From NCBI GenBank assembly GCA_964234715.1, contig OZ174291.1: a stretch of DNA of 64,000 nt. One strand, given 5' to 3'. The stretch is from Podarcis melisellensis. Taxonomy: Eukaryota. Shown here piece by piece: positions 28,141 through 40,100 of the stretch. The position numbers were made by a program, and so were the translations under genes. Positions within the stretch are counted from its first letter, which is position 1. Every line of letters begins with the position of its first letter. Below the pieces are notes generated by a model. That model saw only the letters and a list, made by a program, of their open reading frames with translations, was not told the DNA's origin and did no database searches.

Positions 28141-31100
28141 CAACCCACATATCAGGGGGGAGTCAAACTGCTTTTGCCTCTTTTTTGCTACAACACTTCA
28201 GGATTTTAGAAGCAGCTTGTAAAGCATGGAATGGTGAGGGGGAGGGGGACAATGAATGAAGATAAGTGTTAATTAAACGCTTCGAGAATAAATGAGCACA
28301 CATGGTTTTGAAAAGGGGTGGGAGGTGCTATTAAGTCCAGGCTCTAAAATTATCCAGCTGACAAAATGAATTGGAGAAGGTGTGGGAGAGAGAGATGGAA
28401 AAGAGGAATACCACATTTTTAAGCATTAGGAATTGGGAAGAAGGGGCCGGAGCTCAGAGGCAGAACATCTGCCTTGCATGCAGAAGGTCCTGGGGTTCAA
28501 TCCCCATGCAAGGCTGTGAATGTCCCATTGCCCCAAACCAGAGAGAGCCACTGCTGCCCATGAGCTAGATGGACTAAGGGTCTGACTCACTACAAGGAAG
28601 GATGGGCTGGGGGCTTCCCCTGCCTGACTCAGTATAAAGTAGTTTCCTGTGGGGAGCGGTAAAAGGATTGTGGGCAAGGAAATCCTGCTGTGGGGTCGTT
28701 CCAGAGGAATGGAAGCAAACAGGTGTGTTGTTGTGGAAGCGGTGAGCTGAGTTGTGAAGATGCTCCTTACTATATTTGAATGTTGGGGGGCACAGGTGGA
28801 GGAGAGGGGGCACCTTGCCCCACCCTGGCCTTGCAACACAGCCGACTGAAGCCACCTCCTTCTACCAGGATGACTGAAAAGCTCTTGCAGAGGGGGAGAA
28901 GGGCTGAAGGCAGGAACCGGGGCCTGAGCAATTCAGCAGAACTTTTGCAAGTGAGGCAGGACCAGGACGGCATCTGGTCTCCGCTTCAGGCAGCAAAATG
29001 TCTTGGGCTGGCACCCGACACAGGACAGCCTTCCCAAGCCTAGCAACCACCAGATGTTTCGGATTCCAACCCCTCGGTCTACACGGCCATTTTGTACCAA
29101 ACTCCCATCAGCCCTAGCTGGCAGTCATAAGCCCAACCGGCAAGGTGCCGGGGCTGATGGGCATTGTAGTTCAACACGTCTGGAGGGGGAAAGCTGCTGC
29201 GGGGTCTGACCAAAAAGCCATCATTTTGGGAACTTACCGCTGTTCTCAGGAACTTGAACGAGCGTCTCCTGGCTCGACTGGCCTGATATCAAGGACCCTG
29301 GAGCAAAGAGGAAATTTCAAAGTTATCAAGGCCCTATTATGCACTATTCATTTAAAGCAGTATTGTGCCACTTTAAACCTTCATGGCTTCCACCAATTAT
29401 TCCCCAGAGCTGTAGTTTGTTAAGGAGCGTCTCCACCCCCATCATTCTGCCCGGACGCTGAGGTCCAGCGCCGAGGGCCTTCTGGCAGTTCCCTCATTGC
29501 GAGAAGCAAAGCTACAGGGAACCAAGCAAAGGGACTTCTTGGTAGTGGCGCCCGCCCTGTGGAACGTCCTTCCAGCAGATGTCAAAGCGATAAACAACTA
29601 CCTGACATTCAGAAGACATCTGAAGGCAGCCCTGTTCAGGGAAGTTTTTAACGTATGATATTTTACTGTATTTTTGGTTTCTATGGAAGCCGCCCAGAGT
29701 GGCTGGGGAGGCCCAGCCAGATGGGCGGGGTATAAATAATAAATTATTATTATTATTATTATTATTATTGGCGCTGGGAGGTGTTCAGATACCCCTCTTC
29801 CCTTCTTAGAGCTACGGCTGCCAGAGTTGCCTGCAAAGAGGGACTGACTGTTAAATCGCTTTGTAATTGTAGCTCTGTGAGGGCAACAGGGGGTCTCCTA
29901 ACAACTCTCAGCACCCTGAACAAACTACAGTTCCCAGGACTGTTTGGTGGGAAGCCATGGCTGTTCAAAGTGGCATGATATTGCTCTCAATGTACTAAGA
30001 GAGGATTTCCCTTCAGTATTTGAAGACAACAGCAAGTAGCTTAAAGACTAAGTCAGCCTTCCCCCAACTTCGCACCTCCCATATGCTTTCGAACTACAAC
30101 TCCCACCATCAATGACCAGTGGTCATGCTGGCAGGGGCTGATGGGAGCTGGAGTTCATCATCATGATGTGGAAAGCCCTTTGATGGGGAACGCTGGATTG
30201 AACCTCCCCAGTCTGATCTACCCAGATTCTTGTGGTCAGCCGGCGTACCTAAATGCCACAAACTTCCTTCCACTGCCCCCCAAAGCATGCAGACACTTCC
30301 TAAACAAAATAGGTTGGGAGGAGGGAAGAGGGAAGGCTTAGGAAGAACTTTCGGAGGGTAAGAGCTGTCTGTTAGTGGAACAGACAAGCTTCTAAGGTGG
30401 TGGACTCTCCTTCGCTGGAGGTTTTTAAGCAGAGGTTGGATGGCCATCTGTCTTGGATGCTTTAGTTGAGATTCCTGCATTGCAAGGAGCAGGACTAGAT
30501 GACCCTGGGGGGCGGGGAGAGGTCCCTTCCGATTCTACGATTTTACAACTTCCTTTCATACACACAAGACAGTCGCCAGCCTTACTTGGGCAGAGAAAAA
30601 TTACTTTTGTCTACAGGAAGAATAGAGCAGTAAATACTATGACTCAGGGTTTAGTACCGCAACATGAGCTTGGCACAGGTGGGCGGAATCTGAAGTGGGA
30701 AGGAAAGGAAAGAGAAAAGGCGAAACCTGATGCAAACGCATGTTTGATGAAGGAGTGTTCAATGAAAACAGAAACAGCCCCCGTATGACCAGGTCTCTGG
30801 GCACACCCCTTCCCCTGCCCTACTACAGGTACATTTACTTCTATTAGGGCAGCTTTCACCAAGCTGGCGCTCTTGGGACATTCTGGACCACAACCCCCCT
30901 TCACACAGTGCATCATTAAACTATGGAACTCCCTGCCACAGGAAGCAGTGATGGCCACCAACCTGGGTGGGTTTAAAAGAGCACTGGGCAAATTCACAGA
31001 GGAGAAGACTACTAGCTATGATGGCTACGCTTTGCCTTCACAGTTGGGAGCATTAAACATTTCTGAATGCCTGTCACTGGAAGCCACAGGGCGGGAGAGG

Positions 31101-34100
31101 GCTCTTGTGCTTGGATCCTGCTCGGGATTTTTCACACAATGGGCATCTGGTTGGCCACTGTGAGAACAGGATGCTGGAGGAGGTGGACCACTGGCCTCTG
31201 CTTGGGTTCTTATGTAGTGCATAAAAGTTACATATTGTAGATGTCAAAGGCCAACGTTCATCATCACTTTTAATTTGTATTTTAACCCTTTCTATCTTAC
31301 AATACTCAAGGCGGTTTACAAGCTGAAGAAACAAAAAATGTACAACTTATAACAATCTAATGCAATACAAAAACGTGATTATAAAACTTTAAAATAGGCA
31401 ACCTACATCAAAAAAGTAACATTCAACAATCATTAGAAAAGTATTAAATAATAATAACATATAAAAGTTAAACAGAAATCCACTCAACAGTTACAATAAA
31501 TAATTTCTAAACTATAATCAATAAAACAATGGCAAGCCACAGTACATAAAATGATAAGGTTCATCTAGGTTCAACCTCCAAACAACTCTCTAATTGACAG
31601 GGTGCTCCAACAAACCAGTTCTCTCACTCTGCACTCTCTGTTCAAAAGCATTGCAGAGCCTTCGCACTGGTTCATGTAAGGTAAAAAGGTAAAGGACCCC
31701 TGGATGGTTAAGTCCAGCCAAAGGCGACTATGGGGTTGTGGCACTCATCTCGCTTTCAGGCAGAGGGAGCCGGGTGTTTGTCCACAGACAGCTTTCCGGG
31801 TCACGTGGCCAGCATGACTAAACTGCTTCTGGCGCAACGGGACACTGTGACGGAAACCAGAGCACACGGAAACGCCGTTTACCTTCCCGCTACAGCGGTA
31901 CCTATTTATCTACTTGCCCTGGCATGCTTTCAAACTGCTAGGTTGGCAGGAGCAGGGACTGAGCAACGGGAGCTCACCCCGTTGCAAGGATTTGAACCGC
32001 CGACCTTTGGATCAGCGAGCCCAAGAGGCTCAGTGGTTTAGACCTTCTCTCAAGCATGAATAAGCCAGCCACTGCTGACTTCCAGAAAGTGGGTGGGATG
32101 GGACTTTAAAAACAGCAATAACTTGCCAATGGGAAGGAGAGGCTCCCACAGAAAGGGTCATGGATGGAGCAGAAAGAGGAGTCAGGAGGAGGTTAACTGG
32201 TCTTCAACCCACCTGGTGGAATTTCTGGCTTTGCTAGTTTCAGCTTCACCCCCCCCCGCCCCCCGCCCCCCACGCACTCATTACTCACTTCACTTCCGTG
32301 TCAAAAGAAACTGACTCAAACCACTGGCTCTGCAGAATGACCTCATTTCCATCCTCAGCTGCTTTTATCAGGTAATTTAGCAGGCAGGCAGCAATTCCCA
32401 AGCCAAATGCACCCATGCCCCACCCCAGGCCCATGAAAGTGCTCAGTTCTAGGTAAACATTGTTGTTTTAACAGTTTTCCGGGTAGGGGGAGGAATGCAA
32501 CAGAGTTTGCATTTTTCAAATAAATAAAAGAGATTAAGATAGCACAGGAAAAAAATAAAAGCAGCAAAACACATAATGAAAGTCAAATTTTGTGATTTGG
32601 TGCGGAAAGAGTGTTTTACAGGATTTACAGAAGCAGTCTTGGTTTCTGATTTGATCCCAGAATGTCCTCCTTTTCCTTACGACAGCCCTATCTTCACCCG
32701 AGAAATGTTGGGGGGTATGGAGTTATGCGACTCCTGAGCCAACCTTTAGAAGACATCTGAAGGCAGCCCTGTATAGGGACTTTTTTCAATGTTTAATGTT
32801 TTATTATGTTTGAGAGAGAAAGCTGCCCAGAGTGGCTGGGGCAACCCAGTCAGATGGGTGGTGTATAAATAATTAAATTATTACTATTATTATTATGGGA
32901 TAGGACATCCTTATTTTCATCAGAGGAATGTTGCAAGGTTTCTTATGCACCTAATAAATTAAATCCCACTAAACGGCATTAGAAACGTTCTTGGTCTTCC
33001 TTACCCTAAGAAACACACAACACCCTTGGTTTTTAAAATATTTTGCTCTGTTGTACCCAAGTATCCTGCTCAGGATTTCTGTTGGTTTTTTTGTTTTGGT
33101 TTTTTGGCAGGTGTGTGTGTGTAAATTTAAAAATGTAACAAGAATTGGGCTGGCAGAACTGTCTTGCATTTTTTTTATAGGGATGGGCTGTACATCTTTT
33201 AGAAACAGATGCATTGCTCATTCACGAAACATGAGCAAAAGGTCCTTTGGTTCTAAGGCAAGCAAATGGCACACAATGGAGACCCTGTTCTCCAAAACCA
33301 AACGTTCTTAACAGAATAAAGAAGTCAGTGGACAACCAGTGAATCTCTGTTGCCATTTGAAGGGCACACACATTCACAGCCTTGTAACTCTGCCTGGTGC
33401 TTTAGTTCTAAAAGCGGGCGGGGGATGGGGGGGGCTTCTGGCAAAACAAGGTCCAAAAAAAGCAATCTATTCCTTAGATAAAATTATCTCTATACTGCCA
33501 CAAATGCAAACACGCATTTCCAGGGGAGAATCTGCAGGCAGGAGGCTGTAACCCCTTCGCTCATTGAGGGGTCCCAAACAAAGTGGAGAGAAGCTAGACT
33601 GCATCATTTTAAGGAAACCACAGGCTGGTCACTGGGGATTCCAGCAAAGAATGCTGTACAGCACTTTATTGTGACTCAGCACCCCACAAACAGCCACACC
33701 TGAACAGCCCAGGGATTCAGAGGGTGCCAATTTCAGTTTTGAAACTGGTGGTCCCACCACGATTCCAGAAACAAGAAGCTGGGCCATGTTGCTCTAAATC
33801 CACCCATCCCTATCAGAAATGGTTTCCCTTGCTTCAAAAGTCACTGCGGCGTTGCTGTTGGCCCGGGATCTGGGAGGCCAACGTTCAATCCTTACTCAGC
33901 CATGAAGCTCACTGGGTGACCTTTCAGCAGTCGCTATCTCTCAGCCAAACCTGCCAGGAAAAAATGGTTTGTGGGAGGACCCTTTCGGTCCCTGGAGGAA
34001 AGGTGGAATGCCGATGTGATAGGAAGTAAGTTTAAAATCATGCGGATGCATGGCAAGTCAGTTACAGCACATAAACAACACTGTGTCCATCTGAGCTGCA

Positions 34101-37100
34101 AAACTCAGACAACTTTTGCAAGTGATCTGTGGCACTAGTTCTGGACCTTAAGCCCTAGAAGGGGATTTTATGATACAGAAGCCATTTCCCCGCAGCTGGT
34201 TAACTTTGGACCTGGCCACTGTGGAGGAAGAGGCAGAAAAGAGCTACCTATTAACTCACAAGATTTTGAAACAGGAGCCTCTGGAAGCCAGGGCTGTCAC
34301 TCAGTAAATCACAATCCACATCTACAGTTTGCTGCTGCTTTTCTGCAAGGGGAGGGCACCCACAAAGGCCTGTTGCAAACTTGCAAATTCACTGGGACAG
34401 GTGTAAAAAAGCCCAGCTTGGAGAACCAACAACAGATATTAGCACAGAGATTAAATTGAGAGACAACCACAAGGATTATACCACCTAAGTTGAAATCCTA
34501 CAGTCAAATATTTGAATATGGCTTCCAGCTTGCTCCTTTCATCTATTTAGGGTTAAGGGGAAGGGAGGAATTTTGGGGCGAGGCGCAAGTTCAGTAGTAA
34601 GAGAACTTGCTTTGTACCAGATACTGTCAGCAGCATCTCCAGCTAAAAAGGTCTCTGGTAAAAAGTCTGGCAGAGCAACCTTGGAAGAGCTGCCATGTTA
34701 TTAGAGACAGTGACCTGGTCCACAGGTAATGCCAAGCCAAATTATGGCTTTACATGAACAAGCAAGCGTGGGGGATCCCAGAAAAAATGTTTGCAGCTGC
34801 TTTGCTCCTCATCTCATAGTAGGAGAGTAGCCCATTGACAACATTTGAGGCCGGGCTACTCTATTTTAGAGCCTTTGGATCTGCTTAAAATGGGGCAGCC
34901 GAGTCACTGTACCTCCAGAGCCAATGCCTGTACTCATCCTGAGGAAAAAAAACAAACTACGGAACTCCCTGTCACAAAGAAATAGCTGTGGCGAAAGAAC
35001 TGAGGAGTTTCCAAAGAGGGATGAGACATAGAAAACTATGTCAGTAACTGGCTTTAAAGGGATTACATCAACTCATGGGATGGGAGTACATTTTTGGCCT
35101 ACAGCTCCTCTGATGGCTGGGGCTGATGGGAGCTGCAGTTTAAAGCATATGAAGGGCAGCATTCCTCGCCAGGCGCATGGCCACTTGTGATGGAGGGAAG
35201 ATGCCCAGGCAACTACAGGATGGTGCCTAACCTCTCCACCATCTGGAGGTGGATCCTTGGATCTTGTCTGTTTTCACATACTAACACAACACACCCTGTA
35301 GAATTCCATCCATGATATTTTATCTGCACAATCATAATGAATTTCGGGAACCAGAAAAAATATTGAAAAAAATACGACTTTCGAGCCATTTGGTCCCAAA
35401 ATGGCAACTAGACATTCCGTTTTGGAGACTATAACCCTGGTTTAAGGAGCCATTTGGCACCTAGCTTATACAGTATATCTGAGTTTCTAACATTGCTGAA
35501 GGGTGTCAGGTGGATAAAGGCTGACCTAAGACCTTGTCAGCCATCTTGAAGCAGCATTTCCCCCAAAGAGGCAAAGTATAACTATTTTAGAATGGGAAAA
35601 AAATGTCATTGAAACAAAAAAGGTGATCTCTTTGTACTTGGCTAATAGGAAATATAGATCACTTCATTTAGCGTACATTTGTAGCTGTCAGCAGGTGGTC
35701 CCCTGGAAACTGGAAGGTAATCCCTATGGTAGGGATTTACCTCAGGGATGAGGACCAGCATGGAAGCTGGAAGACCCCCAGCAAGACCCCCGTAAGTTCC
35801 CCATTAACCATCTTTGCTGCCCTACAAACCCTTCCTTTACAGAGCTGAATATTTTTAAATTAGCCACGACCAAAACAGTGAAAAAATGAGGCAATCCTGG
35901 TGCCCTGACAGGACTTCTTGGAGTACTCATTTAAGCCTTCGAAACCAGTTTCCCCAGAGTTTAAAACTCCTTCCGACAGCGACTTTATAGAGTCGCATCC
36001 TCATGCTTTCATGGCATTAGAAGCACTGAGAGTCACCGAGGTTTGGGAAAGGGTTTGTTCTGCCTTTCATAGTCAATTAAAGTACTTTTGATTTTGGGTC
36101 GTAGCATGAAACTCCCAGCCTGGGTTTTAAAGCTGAGTCACAGTAAGCTTCACTGCTTTGCTCGATGCCCTGGGCAATAAAAGGCAAGGGGAATGTATAC
36201 AGCTCTGGGGTAGGGCAGATCTGCTTTGGATGCAGATGGTTCTGGGTTCAATTATCATTATACACATTTTTGTGCATATGCGGCACCCCCAGAATGTAAT
36301 CGCGCGCCCCCAGATGCAATCATACGGTACTCAACACCCATTAAAAGCACCAGGAAACTGCACAAACAACTGAATCCAAATGGGAAGGAAGGATCCCTAA
36401 AGGGAGGGGAGGAACATAAACAATGTTAACTCAGCTGGAAGGTCCCTTGGCTACTAAGGACAGATCCAATGGAAGATCAGTCAGCCCTTAAACAAATTTG
36501 AAGCGGAGGGGGTGGGGTGGGGATACACCTGAGGCTATTTAGTTAGGGGGAAAATGGAGACAATAGAAGACCTTTTGTAGAGAGATATTTTTATTCCTTA
36601 AGTGACATCCACACCATACATTTAAAGCACATAGCCCCTGCCCCCCCCCACAAGAATTCCTGGGAACTGTAGTTTTTAAAAGACGCTTCAAATCGCAGCT
36701 CTGTGAGAGGTAAGCTACAGCCCTCAGGATTCTTAAGAGGTAGTCATGTGCTTTACACATACGGTGTGGATGTGCCCGCAGAATTCCCAGAGTGGGTTAA
36801 CAATCAATCCCTCCTCCAAGGGAACACTGGGAACTGTAGCGCTGGGAGGGGAACAACCCTCAGCAAATTTAACAAACTACATTTCTTAGGGTTCTTTGTG
36901 CTTAAAGTGACATGACACTATTCTAGAAATGCATAGTGCAGGGTGCTGTATTGCAGCGATGTCCACAGTCAACCACAATTGACAGGTAGATCTGCTGTAT
37001 GTCCCCAGTAGATCACGCGTTATCGTGGTTGATCGTGGGCAAGTAATGTTCCCACCTCCTGCGAAGTATTAGGAATGCGGAAGTAATGCTTGCTGTAGTG

Positions 37101-40100
37101 CTGTGTGCAATAGTGATTGTTGCTGTTTGTGGTGAACGTATTTTCTCATTCCTCCCCCCCCCCCCAGCTCAACAACTCTGGGCGATCCTCCCTAAGAAAC
37201 ACACGCTCCTTCTCCCTCCAATGACAATGGGTAGATCACTGCCAGTTATTTTATACTGGGAGTAGATCGCAATCTCTTGGGAGTGGGATGTGCCTGCTGT
37301 ACTGGATAGGTGGGGTGGGCTTTCTAAGATAATGGTCCAACCCTGGCAAGACCAGCTCAAATATTTGATCAGTGATACAGCCCACAATGAGTGAGAGAGG
37401 GGGGATCCTTCTCTGTGTAAAAAACAACCAAACAACCCTCCCCAGACTCAATTGCAACAGTGGAGTTTGGTAGATAATTAATCCACAGCGTTAAACAGTC
37501 CAACCCAGGCTATTTATTTATTTAAAATAGATCCAACCTCTTGGACCAGCAAGGAAGAAGAGGAGTAAGTCTGAGGAGAGTCACGACCCAGGAAATGCAA
37601 CTCCTTTATGAGAAAATGCTGCTGTATTTGGGACTTTTTAGTTCAGAGAAAAGACGAGTTAGAAATGAAGTTTATAAAATTATCACAGCATTGAGAAATT
37701 GAAGGAAAGTGTTTTTCTCTCTGTGAACATCCAACGAAGCTGAATGTTGGAAGATTCAGGACGGAATAACGTAATTCTATGAAACTCACTTCCGCAGGAG
37801 GCAGTGATGGCCTCCAACCTGGATGGATCTAGAAGAGGATTGCACAAATTCACAAATTGGTGGAGAGGAGAGGAAAGGGCTATCAATGGCTACTAGACAC
37901 AATGGCCAGGCTCTGCCTCCATGGTTGGAGCCAAGCAATACTTCTGAGTCCCAGTTGCTGGAAACGGCATGACAGGATATTTGCTCTTGTGCTTGGGCCC
38001 TGTTTGTGGGACAAACAGGTCCCACTGAGATATCTGGTTGACCACTGTGGCCTCATCCAGCAGCCTCTTCTTATATTCTGTTCTAAATGCAACTCCACAC
38101 TCTGTCCCCAAACAGAGCCACAAACATAATCCTGGGCACCAATTCTTCTCCATTCTCCAAGATGAAGAAAACCACTAGATATGGCAGAAATTCAACTATA
38201 AGCATAGCAAATGGTGCCCTCCAGATGCTTTATTAGACTACATCACCCACCAAACCCAGCCAGCAACAACTGCATTGGACTACCTCCTAAAGGGAGGGAG
38301 AGGCTGATGGGAATTGTAGTCCAAAAGGGACAAGCTGGCTGGAGGCAGCAGCCCAAAACACCTGGGGGCACCAGACTAGTGCAGGTTGAGTCCCTGTAGT
38401 TTTACATTCATCCTACATAACCCCAGAAAACTGCCGTGCTGCCTGACTAAAGAATGCGTGAGCCATACTGGGGAAACACCTAAAACACAGAAAAAAGACT
38501 CACTTCCTCTGTAAAGGACAGAAGGAATCTATCCCAACATGAGCCTCTGGAAATAATAGCCTAGTCTCCCAAACAGGTTTTCACTCCTTCTGAAAAATCC
38601 TTTGCCCATCACCAGCGGAGAGGGCCACACCTCCAAGGACCGGAAGGGATATTGAGAAGGCAGCAGCAGGAGGAATTGTGACTGAAAAGTGGGGCGGGAT
38701 GGCCTTTGTGAACTGGCTGACCTCATAGGGTTGCCGTAAGGCTTGCTGAGGTCATGTATACCTGGCCATTTTTACCTACCACAGGCACATTGCGTTTCTC
38801 TTTCAATGAATGAATCATCAGACTGCTTTGTTTTATATTTTAACATTCATTGAGGGGGGCTGGACTAGGTGACTCTCAAATGCTACAATTCTGTGATTAT
38901 TTCCTTGTTTATTTCTATGCCGAAGGAGCTCAAGGTGGTGGCATACACAGCTTTTTTCCTCCTCCCCATTTTACCGTCACAACAACCCTGTGAGGTAGGG
39001 TTTGGCTGAGCAGCAGGGAATGGGCCCAAGTCACCCTGTGAGCTTCCTGGTCGAGTGGGGATTAGAACCCTGGTCTTTCAGATCCTGGTCCAAACACTAA
39101 ACACTACACCACACTGGCCCTCGCAGATTAACATTACACCTAATAGTCAGATGTTTGGAGCAAAACAAAAGATGGACGAGCTTCCTTGCCATTGTTTGAG
39201 CTTCCTAGAAGTAAGGGGTGCCAAAGCCTGCTCTAGAGTTTGGGGTCAGGCTGTAGGAGGAGGCTGAGAATGGCATCAGACTCCAGTGACCCATCCCCAC
39301 TGCCAGGCAGAGTATGGTACCCTGAAGTCTTTAAAAAACGTCCTGTAAAAATAATATCAATTACTTGTTTTTCTCTCTGGAAGGTGCTTCAAGGTCTACT
39401 CAGAATCACCAGTGAGCCCAGAATGCAGCTGTTGACACAGACTGGTGGAAAAGACACATTCTGCCAGTCTAAAACAACTCCACTGGCTTCTAGTTCTGGG
39501 CAAGTGTTGAAGTCGTTTGCTGGAGTCCTTGCTCCACATTTTCCTGGCCTTCAGAGCTCAAGAGGTTGGTCATCTGAGAACAGACCTTTTCGCTTCTGGC
39601 AATCATCCTGTTGATGGAATGATACTCCCCAGCCTGTGGCCTACTCTGGAGGCCAGCAAAAGACTCTTTCAGTTGCCCCATCCTTTTGTAGTTTCCCAAT
39701 ACCTTAAATTTTATCACAAGCAACTGTTGGTTGCAGAACCATTTTATTGCTGTTATATTTTTACCTTTCCTATGATGCCGCTTGTGTGTTCCTTTTTAAC
39801 AAAAGATCATTGTAGGATTTCTGATTATCTTAAACTACTCCAAATGTTTTTAATTGATTCCCTGCCTGCAAACCCGATTGAGGATTATATGTTTATTTTA
39901 CTTATTTATTTTTATTTCACAGAATTTGTATACTGCCTGATTGTTTTTTAAAAAAATAAATAAATCCCAAAGCAGGTTACAAAAAGAATCACTCAATAAA
40001 ACTACCGTATTTGTAAAATCAAATAAAACACTCAAAAGGTTAAAATCAGCGATGAACTAAAAACACACCAGCATTCTATGTATCTGGGTAGGAATGTGTA

